Shown: positions 20,001 to 32,000 of the stretch, piece by piece
How the letters are laid out: every line of letters begins with the position of its first letter
Numbering within the stretch: position 1 is the first letter of the stretch
Assembly: GCA_020719005.1 (NCBI GenBank)
Contig: DYQZ01000001.1
Location: forward strand, 5,779 to 69,778
Reading direction: 5' to 3'
Length of the DNA stretch: 64,000 bases
Source of the DNA: Candidatus Omnitrophus sp.
GTDB lineage: Bacteria > Omnitrophota > Gorgyraeia > Zapsychrales > Fredricksoniimonadaceae
Made by a program: the position numbers and the translations under genes
Notes under the pieces: model-generated
Told to the model about the DNA's origin: nothing
The model's input: only the letters and a program-made list of their open reading frames with translations
Database searches by the model: none

Positions 20001-23000
20001 ATTTTCAGAATTCTTTTAATACGGTGAAGGCCGCTAAGACAGCGAAGGATGTGTTTGCGGCAGTGAAAACGGTAAATGGCGGTAAAATGATGTCAACGGC
20101 CCTTTATACAGCCAGAGCCGCTACTTCGGTTGTTGGCCGTATGGCGATCAATGCTGCTGCTGGCGGCACCGTGAACATGGGAGTTCGGGCATTTGATTAT
20201 GCGATGACCAATCCTGATAAGGGTTTTTCGGGTTATTTTTCAAATGGGACTGTGTTACGTGATATTGGTATAGGCGCCTTGACAGCAGGGGTGCTAAGCG
20301 GCGCGAAGATGGGTGTGGGTAGTCTTTTTACTAAAACAGCAATGCCTTCTTTAGGTATTATCAGTTTCGGAACAGTAGGCGCGACAGGTTATGCCGCAGA
20401 TAGATATTTGAGTGGTAAAGAAATGACCTGGCAGGGAGCTGTGGGAAGTTTTGTTGGCGGTATGGCACTTGGCCGTTTTGCGATGTCAGCAGATAAATAT
20501 ACAAAGCGTGTTTTATTAGGGGAAGAAGGAGCCGCGCAAAACGCAACAAGTGCCATGCGGGTAAAAGTGGCAGAAGGAAAAGGAAATTGGCGCGAACGCA
20601 TGGTTGCTAAGACCAGTGATGCGTATAAGAATACTTTTAATACTGGTCTAAAACAATTTGCTGTTAAGTCTACTGTTGGTGCGGGGTTAGGTCTTGGTGT
20701 CTCTTATATGGATAGTAGCAGGAAATATACAGCCTGGGAGAGAGCTGAATTTGCATTGATGGGTGCTACTGCTTTCGCCATGACGGGCCTTTCGATGAGA
20801 GGGAGTGTTTCTGCTTGGTCGCGTCAGGGGCTTAATGGCCGTGCGGTAGGATTGGTCGATTTTGGAAAGAATCCGTTCTTATTTTCAAGATTAAGTGCTG
20901 CGGGCGCTCTGGATTTTGCAATAACGATGCCCCTTTTTGGTGTTATTGAAACGCCGATCCGTGCGGCTATGTATTATGCATTGAGTGAACGTAGTTGGGA
21001 GAAGTCTAAACAAGATGCTTTTGATCGTTTTAAAGGAGAAGCAAATAATCCGTTGGGTATTTTAACGCAAGGCATGGTAAATGGTGCTGAGATGGGTCTT
21101 AAATTAGGCCCAACGTTGGCGGTCTTTCAGGTTACAACAAAATCATTGGCGCTTTCTCGGGCGAAAGTTGGAAGAGGTTCCATAGCGACAAGTATGTTGA
21201 AATTTGATAGAGCCGTTATTAATGGGCTTTCTCATAAAGTAACACACATGATGCCCTCTACGATCGCATGGCTTACGGGCGTAGAGCTTGGAACAGAGTC
21301 GCTCGTGGCTTCGATGAATAAAGAAGGTTCCATAGTCTATAATGCAGGTTTTAGGAATGGCATTGATATTAAAGCCGCCGAAGCTGTGCGTGTGGCTAAA
21401 GCCAATGGGCAAGATCTTTCTTTGGAAGAGGCTCGCGCCCAACAAATTCAGACGATTGCTGGTGAAGTGGCTTTTGTCAGTTTGATCTTTAAGCCATCAC
21501 CTACACATGCCTCTGACCTTGATATTGCCAAAGAAGCTGTTAATAAAGCGCAAAGAAAACATGGTCCCACTTCTCCACAGTATAAAGACGCGGTCGCAAA
21601 ACGTGATCTTTTATTGGCACAGGTTAATCAAAACAAGAAGTTAACGGCAACAGAGCTGTATGAAGAACAAAGTAAACTTACTGAAGCCGCTGAGGCCGCC
21701 GCTAAGGAAAAAGGTGCTCAGCCGTCTAATGCGCCGTCAACGTCCAAGGGTGGTTTTATTAGCACTTCAAGCGTCACGTTTAGGGAAGCCGGCAAGAATA
21801 TTAGCGAGGCTTTTCGCAATTCTCGCCTTGCTCGTGCGGGTGATAATATTTATATAGTGCGCACGATCAAAGATCGTCTTTCACCTAACAGATTAGACAC
21901 CTCCATTGCCGCACTAGAAGCGCGTGAATATGCGGCGTATAGGGCGATGGGCAAGCAGGTGCTTTCAGCTAAACAGCCCGGTCAGACTTTTTCCGGAGCG
22001 CGTTACATTCTTGAAGGCGCTCGAGCGGCAGTCGAAACGCGTCAAAAGAATCAAAAACCGGGAATAGAGGCAGATCAGGCTCGAGTGAAGGATCTTCAAT
22101 TATTGAGCAAGATTGCGAGTGATCTGGCAGGTAGAATGGCTGAAAGTAAAGGTCTTGTTGATGCGGCAGGCAAAAAAACGTTTGAGGCAGATAAGAAGGC
22201 TATTGAAAGCCAGAGCATAGCTTTTGAAAGAGAGTTAAAAGCAGTTGAGGGTCAGCTTTTTGAAAGAAGATCTCTGGAGGCGAGGTTAGAGGCGCTTACA
22301 CAAAAACAGCAGAAGAATCCCACAGATGCTACGACGCAGATTGAAATCGCCAAGGTTCAAAACAAGATCGATCAACTTAATTTAATAACCATTAAAGATG
22401 TCAATTTACAGGCGCGTAAGGCGCAGATGTATGATGCTCTTGAAGCTAAGATCGTGAAGGCGAAGACTGCGGCTCAGGAAAAGATAGACGGAGGAAAGAC
22501 TGTTAATCCTCAGGATGCAGCTCAGATCGCTAGGTTGGAAAAAAGGCAAGAAAAATATCTTGAGGCAAAGAGCCGCGATCTAATGGGGGATTTGGCATCG
22601 GGAGAGCTCTTCAGAAGCTTGGATGTTTCGGGATTAAAGAATGCCGAACTGTCAAAACTGCTTGCCGCACAACGGCAATATGATCAAGTAGTGACTTTTC
22701 TGAAAGAAAACGCGATCAATTTTGGTTCTAAACAGGCATTGGCTTATGCAAAACAGATGCGTGAAACTGTTGTTGATGTTTATGGCGAAACATCTTCGGC
22801 TAAACAAATTGGTGCGATGGGTCAGAATCTCAATAAATTAACGACTATCTTGAAGGTTGCGGGTGTATCTGACACAGGGGTGAAGAAATTTGCTGTTGAA
22901 AACAGCATTATCCTAAGAAGCGAAGTTGTGAAGCATCAGCTTTCATCGATTGAAGGTTTTCAGCAGGGTGACAAAGCCCTTTCTAGTAGTCAAAAAAGAT

Positions 23001-26000
23001 TAGCAAAGATTAACAATGACCCAGTCGCCAGGACCGCCGAGTTATTATTCCAAGCCCAAGTGAATCAGCGGATGCATGATCTAGCTAAAAGGAAGGGAAA
23101 TAACGATAGTGCTACTGGATATAAGCAGGCGGCTGAGAAGCTGTTGCGGTCTCCTGAGTTAAGGGATCTGTCACAAGCCAAGAAGATAAAGATGGAAATG
23201 TCGAACTTGCACGGTAAGGGCATTCTTCAAATAACATTTGAGGCGTTGCAAAGAAAAACAAACAATGAACTGAAGAATAATCCAGATTATACAGCGAAGC
23301 AAAAGTCAGAGATTCAAGCGAAATTGATAGAGGGCATGGCTAAGGTTCTTTCAGAGTATAAAGGAAAATCTATTAAAGAGGTAAAATCTGATAAAGGTAT
23401 AAAAAATATTGGTAAAGCGCTTGAGGCTCTTGCCAAGCAGGAAAGAGCTACTGATCCTGTAGAGAGAATGAAATACGCACAAGAGGCTGTTAAAGCACTT
23501 GATAAAGTAAAAAATGGTCCTGCAAGCCGTAAGACAGGTATCGATGTTCACCAGATGAGTGAACAGTTGAAAGTAGATATTAAATATGGAGAGATGAGGG
23601 GGAATCAAAATAGCCGGCTTCAATATAGCAGGATGACGTCTAGCAATCCAAAACTCGTACAACTCCTTGTTGAAAAGCTGATTGCAGTGCAAAAGCTCGA
23701 GACAGAAGTTGAGGCGTGGGAGAAGGCAGGCAAAAAAGGTCCTGAACCAGCGCTTGATTATAAAGGTCGATTAACTGAAAAAATAGAATTAATGATTTTT
23801 GATGCTTTGGTGAAAAAAAATCGTGTTGTTGCTAAAGGGGTTCCGCTTGTGTCGGATCTTTTCAAGATGAATGTTAGCAATTATCAGCAAGAAATGTCAT
23901 TTTTAAAAGAAGTTGATACGCAGAAGAAAGAGGCAAAGAAAATTACGGAGTACCAATTCTCGAAGGATGAAAGAACAATTTTAAACAATGAACAAACAAG
24001 AATAGAAGGTGAATTAAGAAAAGTATTTGAAAAGGCTTATAACGATAAGATGCAATCTCGGCCCGTAAATCAAACAGAGGCAGAGTTTAAAGCAAAAAAT
24101 CCTGAACCAACGCTAACAGACGGAAACAAGAAATTTATTGAGTTTGTTCTTAAAGCAGGTTTTGTGGCGGCAAAGGAAATCCGTATCGCAGGACGTGTTA
24201 AGAATCTTCCTGTTATTGCATTAGGCCTTGGTGGTGGAAAAACCACCATGGAGACGGCGCTATTAGGCGCGGTAAATGGATTCTTTAAAGGTGCATCTGG
24301 TCAAAAAGGGATTCTTCTTATTCTTGCCAAGCCTGATGTGGCGCAGGCAAACAAGACATTGGATAAAAAAGGTATCTTTAAGGGGTCGAGCAATCGTGAG
24401 AAGATCACCGTAGAAGAATTTCAACAGATGAAGAAGGAGGCGCTTGCTAAAGGAGAAGTGCTTGTTTTAACTAATACACAGATCAGCCAATTAGCCCTTG
24501 ATTTTAAGAATAGCCGTGGCCATGCTAAAGGTGATCCGATGTTGGATGCAAGAAATCCGTTCAAGGATTCTATGATCGTTGCGGATGAGGTCCACAGTCT
24601 TTTGCTGGCGCCCGCCATGATACAAAGCACAGGGCGCTCTGGCATGAGCTTTTTGTTATCTCAAGGCGTTGCATATCAACAGCGCCGTCAATTGGAAGCG
24701 CAATATGTTCAGGATCTTGTTAAGACAGCTAAAGGTATCGTTGGAAATAAGAATGTGAAAGATGTTCTTGGAGATCATACATTTGAAAGATCAGTCAAGG
24801 GCGACATCATCAAGCAGTTTGAAAGGAACTCTCCAGACGCTTACAATGCCATGAAAAAAGCAGGTGTTCTTGATATTTTTGTTGATGCTATTGGGCGAGG
24901 ATTGAATGAGTATTCAAAGAATGGTTATCTGATGGTTGAGCGTAATGGCAGGATGGAGATGGTGATCCTTGATAATATGCATGGCAATGGCGTTGCACAG
25001 TATGGCCGTAGCCTGACTTCGCGCACAGGTCTTAATGAAGATATGTTAGCGAGGATCTTCATAGCAACAGAGTTTCATGGCATGAAGAAACCTACTTTGG
25101 CGCGTCTTGTTGAAATGGCTACATCGCATCAGACGGTTCAGGTCACTTCGGGCGATCTTTTTGGTTTGGTTCCAGGCATCATGGGTTATACCGGAACGCT
25201 GCCCGCGATCGAAATGCCAGCAGGGTTTTTGGGAGCGCAAGCGTTGGAAGCAGGAAAATCTGCAAGTGCCCATATGCATACGAGAATGCAAGTGCGTATT
25301 CGTAGTGATGGCCGCTCTACTATAGAGGGAATGGTCGCTGACGGTATGGCCGTCTTAAACGGCAAATTGCACTCGGGTAGGGATATTGTTGTTTTAAACA
25401 GCAAGTATGCTCATGAAAGATCTGGCTCTTATGATGGTTTGCGTCATTTGCATGGTAAGACCGTCAATGGTAAGAAGGTTCTGGTTTTTGAAGTTCATCC
25501 CAATGAATTGGCGGCAGTTGAGGCGAGTTTGAATAGAAATAAAATAATAAACGGCATATCTGTTGAAGGTAAGAGGGTTGTTCTTATTACAGGAGTTGAG
25601 AGCGGCGCTTCATTTGAAACAGTGACCGGTGCAATGCGGGATTATTCTGCGCGCCCTAATTATGGTATAGATCAGGCATCACAGAGATTTAATACGATCA
25701 AATTTAAGAATCGTGCGAAGACTGGAAGTGAAGCAAGTGATACGCTGTTCTTATCAACGCGCGCAAATGGTAATTATGTTGCGATCTATAATGTAAGTAA
25801 AGAGCATGCTGATCCTTCTTTTAACCGCGCTGAAGCACAGATATTGCGTCATTTGAACGAGAAATTGCAAAGTGCTACAACCTTAAAAGAGAAAGCCATT
25901 ATTTATAAAGAAATCCGTAGTGCCGTTATTCAGTTTTCACAACGCATGGAGTTTGATGCCGCGCGTCAAGCTGCGACAACGGTGACGTCTAATGTTAATA

Positions 26001-29000
26001 CACAAAAGGGCCCTGTTAATCAAAAGGCTGTAAATGAAAAGATTGATACTGTACGTCATCAATATGCGCTTAAGATGGCGACAGCTGATCTGAGCATACG
26101 AGGCATGTTTGATCAAAAGGAGTTTGCAGAAGCAAAAGATGAATCTGCAAGGGTCCAGCTTTTGAATAATTTACAGGCCCATGTTTACGCCAATGTGAAT
26201 GGTCTTGGTTATTATACGATGCAGATCGCGTCAGCTGCCAAGCATCAATATATGCAATTGAATTTAGTTGCCATGTCATCAAATGCTTCGGATGCCGGAG
26301 TTAGGCTTGATGAGGATGGTCCTGTTTTGATCAAGGCTGGCCAGGTGATGGATCTAAGCCAGACCACAGCGGATAGCAATCGAAATATTTATGGCAGTTT
26401 AGATGACTGGAATACCATTAAAACAGGCACCGTCGCAACTCCCGTGAGTTTTGTGGCACATACGGATGTTCAAAACACCTCTTTTTGGCAAACCAATCCG
26501 ACCGAGAAGAAATGGGTTGCGGGGGATATTCTAAAACAGGGCGATAAATTAGTTTATTCGCAACAGGTTGCCATGCCTGTGATCTCTGGCGGCAGGACCC
26601 TTACGACGATCAATACCACAAGATCTTATGAATATGATCAGGGCAAAGGTATAAGCGATCCGGATGCGTTTATTGATATAAAGGGTATTGCGGATGCGGT
26701 GGGTGCGAATGCTCAAGATATAAAGATATCAAAACCAAGAGAAATGGATCTTGGCAAGTTTCAAATGATAACTGATAGCAACGGGATCTTGCGCGGGGTG
26801 ATCTTTGCGGGTGCTTTATATAAGGATTTCTTAAGTATAAAGAATAACGGAGATCAGGTTGAATTTGATGTGTATACCAAGAGCGACTTGGCGCATAGTG
26901 ATGGCCGTCGGGATGAAATGCTCGTGCGTTCGCGTGTGGTGTTGGAGCGTAGCGCTGAACAGTTGAAAGTTCTTGAAAGCATCATTGATAATGAAGCCAC
27001 GATCTCGATCCCCCGTAGAGATATCCATCGTGGCGATCTGGTGGACTTCTCTTATAGTGCCGGTGCTGAGCGTCAGACTGTTATCAAGGATCAATTTGGC
27101 GAAAAAGCCAAAGTTGTGATGTTTGGTGAGGATTTTGTCACTCCTGATAAGAAAAACATTGTGATACGTCCTAATGATGATGTGAAGTTTGGTTTGCCGG
27201 ATGGAAAGATCGTTCGTATTCAGACCCTAGATAGTTTTAAATTAGCCAAAGATGGATCGTTAAAACATTTACGCACCGAGCTTGCCGATGATGTTGAATC
27301 GTTCAAGAAAGGCGATGTTCTTGATCGGAGAAATGGCCGGATCATGCGCAATGGAGAAAAGACCGGCGTGATGTTCCACGATCGCGCGCTGATGAAGAAA
27401 GACGGTCAATATCAGATCAGCGCTAAGGATGATGAATTAGTTGAGTTCCTGACTCGTGAAGATATCGGTCAGCTTATTGGTGAGAATTATGTTGTAAACG
27501 CCCAGGATCTTGAGAAAGCTCTTGCAGGACACACAAAAGCGAATGTGTTTGTTCGTTCCATGCTTCAAGATGCGGCCAAAAATAATTCTGATAAAGAAAA
27601 AATAAAGCAAGTCCTTAAGTATGCTCAGGATAACCTTGATCGGCAAAAGGCGGGAATTACTTTAGGACTTCAGGCATTTTCTGCGGATAAGCTTGAAGTG
27701 ATTGATGAGAAGAAATATCAGGGGCCGATGGTATATAGCATCGTTGTTGGGAAAGTATCCGATAAGGCCGCGGAATATTATGCTGATATATTGAGTTTCC
27801 TTGCAGAGTTGTCAGGAGGCAAGACGTTGACGATCACACCTGCGATGGATATCCGCAATTCTGCGGCGCAGTCAACAACAGATCATTTTCATATGGGTAC
27901 AACATTATCCCTCTGGTTTTTGACCGGTGAATTAAACTTCAATGAAGCTGGTGTTTTTGTTCATGAATTATTGCACGAGTGGAACAAGAAACAGGTTAGA
28001 GACGGGAAGCCGGATAGCTTCACACAGGCTCGTATTGAGAATAATACCGCTTTACAGCAGATCGCCCGGGCCATATCAGGTATTTATGACAAGGAATTCT
28101 CAGCGGAAGAGATCTTGACCCTTTTCATTGAGGTTTTTGGTGTGAACAGGTTGATGACCGGCGCACTTCCTGATGCTGTTTTGGAAGCGCTTAAGCCGAT
28201 CCAGCCGTTCATTAAGATGCTTCAGAATAAGGGGAAGAACTTGCCCAAGTCTATCTTAAAGGGTAAGCAGGAAATGATGATCGAAGCCTATAAGGCTGGC
28301 GATATAAAGGAAGCTAAGAATCATGCGACATCGTTGAACACGATGTTCCTAAGAGGCCGCGGGCTTTCACTCAAGGCGCTGTTCACATTCCGTGGGGCAA
28401 AAACCGTGCTCAATGCCATGACCAATGAGCAGTTGGCCGCGAGCGTTTATCAAGACAAGAATACGAAGAATGATGTGGCCGCGATCAGGATCAAAAGCGG
28501 CGGCCAGGACGTGACGCTGACTCAGCCGGTGCAGAATGGTTTAACGGCTGTAGAGTTGCGGGAAACGTTGAGCAAAATGTTTGAAGAATCGGCCAAGGTT
28601 GCTGAAGGCATGGTTCAGATGTATCAGGTGTTTCTGAAGACTAATGGTGATGAAAAACTTGCTTTTGATGAGAAGGCTTGGGACGCGGCGATGCTGGCGG
28701 CGACAACACTGGAAAATGCTAAAGGATATATTAAATCTTCGGTAGATGTTAACGGGCTTGACATGATGCTGGCTGGTGTTAATGAAATGGTTCAAAAGGC
28801 TATTCTTGATGCTAAGGCGAACGAGGAAATGTTAAAGGCTAAACAGGCAGGGGTTGCAACTCCGCAGTCTACGGCCCCGCCAGAGGGATCAAGTGGTCTT
28901 CTTAATCCTTCTGCCCCCAAGATCGACATCGCTTCCGATGTCAACCCCAATGAAATTGTTAACAAGATCGAATCACTTCTTAAGGATAATCTACAAGTTA

Positions 29001-32000
29001 TCCTTACAGGAGATGTGTTCAGATTAGCTCAGAATGAGAAGATCCGCGGATGGGTTGTGGATGAATATGTAGTCATTCAGGGAAATGAAGTAGGATCATT
29101 GGAAGAAAGTCAGGCTAAGGCGCTTGAGACGGAAGTGAAAGAAATTTCAGGGTTGACTGTTGGAGATGCGAGCAGGGCTCTTCAGGGCAAGACCAAGGAA
29201 GATATATATAATCTTCGCTATCTCATGTTAATGAATAACGATGAGATCGATCGCTTAATGAATGCAGCACCGGCTCTGTTCCAGGACGAAGTCGGTTCCT
29301 GTGTCCGCACCTCCGCTTCTTCTCAGCAGAAACTTGAGAAGGTTTGGATCGATTATGCTCAGGGTAAATATAAGGAACCTGCCGCGTTCTGGGCATGGGT
29401 CTTCAAGACAGCGAATGGTGCTGAGCTTGATGAAGAGGTTAAGACGATCTTGAAGAAGATCGCGCTTGATGCTCCGATCGCGATCGCGGCTATTGCTCTC
29501 GTGCCTGACTTTAAGGATGCCATGAACGCTGCGGCTCGTGCTGAAGGTATCAAGGCGATCCTCGAGCTCAAGTTCGGCAAGAAGATCCCGAACGATGTTC
29601 TGATCGCCTTCCAGGGCATGACCGGAAATGTTGATACCTCGATCGTTGCTAATGGCGGCACGGGCAGCCTGAAGCCAGCGAAGATGAATGCTTCTTTGAC
29701 CACGGCTGTTAATCGTTATAACAAGGGTGTCTGGAGCAAGACTCAGATGGATGAGTTCCTTGCGGCGTGGACTGGTCGTGGTTATGTGGCTGAATATTAT
29801 GTGAGTGAAAAGACCCAGAAGCAGAGCGTGCGCGTGATGACGGTTGTTCCGCAGTATGCCAAAGGCTATAAGCCGAAGGGCAGAACGGCTGATGTTGAAG
29901 AAGAAAATCCTGCGCTCGCTAAATACAAGAAAAATTTGACCCGTATGCAGGATCGTCTTGCCAGGGGTGAGATCACCAAGGTGCAATTCAATAATTGGAT
30001 GGCGCTCCAGGGCAAGCTCACGGGTCAGGATGAAGTGAATGCCGCTGATATGGCGCGTGAAGCCAAGAATTATCCGTGGAACACGCCGGGTTATGACGCG
30101 CTTCAGAAGGCCGCGGTTACCAAGACCGAGGTTGTGGCAAGCGCGCCGGCTGTCGCGGCTCCTGCTAAAGCAAAGCCTGCGAAGTTTGAAGATACTGGTT
30201 TGACGATGACGGATGATGGTTATCAGAAGCCGGTGACAGAAGTTCCGGCACCGGTAATCGTGCCGGCTGTTATGCCTGCGCCGGTATCGAGTGCGATCCC
30301 TCACTTCGTTCGGGATGACGGCAAGATAGACGCTTCGATGTCTACCGAGCAATATAAGGCGTATCAGGAACTTTGGAACAAGCATGGTCACTGGCAAGCG
30401 GGTTCGCTTGATGAAAAGATCTTTGCGCGTAGCATTTTGGCATTTATTAATAAGTATGAGCTTTCTGCTGATCTGAAAGATGATGTTGGAAGATTGAACA
30501 GGGTGTTGGCTGGCGATGCGCTTATGTCGAGATATCCTGCTGGTCTTTTGATGAGCATTAAGACCGCGGCAAAGAATCACCCATCCCGTCCGGCGGCTGT
30601 TGCTCCCGCTGTTGCTAGAAAGACAACACCTCAACAAGAAGCTGAATCCTATGAGGCCTACCTTGTTGTGAAGGGCAGAACATTGTCTGCGAATGTTATT
30701 GCGGGGATCAGGGGTTTGATCAAGTCGTTGAATAGCATGCCCGGTGAAGCCCTTAAAGCCATGGCGCCAAAAGAAAAATGGGCGCATGTTGAAGCGATCG
30801 GTCAAGAGGCTGGTGTTCCGGCGAATGAATTCAAGCCTGCGGTCCAGACTGCCAGGGATTGGGTTCAGACGCACATGCCATATTCGACCCTGTCTCTTGA
30901 GACCAAGAGTAAGAAAGACGAAGCGCAGATCACTCCTGAACAGCCTCAGACATTGGATGAGATCATCGCAGGCGCGATGATCAAGGTTGATGCCATTGCC
31001 AAGAATGTTCCGGCATGGGATAAGAATAAGGAAGAGATCAAGGCTGCTGTCACCAAGGTCTTTACAACCACTATTAGTGAAGCCAAGAAGCCGTTCACGC
31101 CTAATGTGTATCAGATCACGCACACTATTTTAAGAGTGTTGAATAATATGGATACATCTTCCACGCGTACGCCGTGGGCGATCGTTGAGAAACTTGGTTC
31201 TGGTAAAACACTCGCAGAGGTGTTGGCTGTTGAAGCGACCTTCTCGTTGTGGGAGGCTCAGAACAGAGAAGCCGGAGATTATGAAGTGTGGGTCTTGCGT
31301 GATGCGCTGGTCGACGGCATCAAAGCCGATGATCCTTTTGCCTGGTCCGCCCTTGAACGCATTGCCGGGGTTTCGAATGTTACGCGTTTGATGGCTGATC
31401 CTAACGATCATCGCAAGACCATGGACGTTCCGCTTATCCCGACCACAGCCGCGAATCCGAAATACACACTGCGTTATGCGGTCAAAGACGCCATTTTAAA
31501 TCGCGCGAATGAATTTAAGTATCATGACGGTATTCTGCCGAACATTGTTCTGGCCGTGATGGATGAAAAGCAGGGCTTTGATGAGACGGGTGAACAGATC
31601 GTTTCAAGCGGCATGCCGTATTTTGAAGCTCAAGAAAAGGGCGGCAATGCACTTCAAGAGGGTTTGGCGCATGCCCGTTTTGTGCGCGACGTTATTGGGG
31701 AAGTTGATGCGCTCGAAGCAAAATATAAAGAAGGCGTTTGGGATAATCCCGTCGTTGCCTTAGGTGATGAGAAGAAAACACAGGGCATTGGCGTGAAAGA
31801 CCGTTTCAGCGCGGTGCTTAAAGCTGAATATAGACCAGAGGTCGAGGAGTTGTTTGCGAAACTTCAAGCCGATAAGAAATTACCACGCGATGTAAAGGAT
31901 ATTGAGACCTTCCTGCTTTATGTGAACGCTGTCGGTGAATATCAGCGCATGGCTGAACTTAAGAATTATGATACTGTGCCGCTTGCCATGCTTAAGCCGC

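Noticed and set aside
29255-31123. 622-aa minus-strand ORF (and the similar long minus ORFs 52172-53833, 38489-39271, 56393-57193, 57239-57961, 35111-35925, 37328-37996)
   Set aside because: All lie antisense to the giant + strand ORF. Their translations are R/S/L/I-rich low-complexity sequences with no motifs. This is typical of shadow ORFs on the complement of a coding region.
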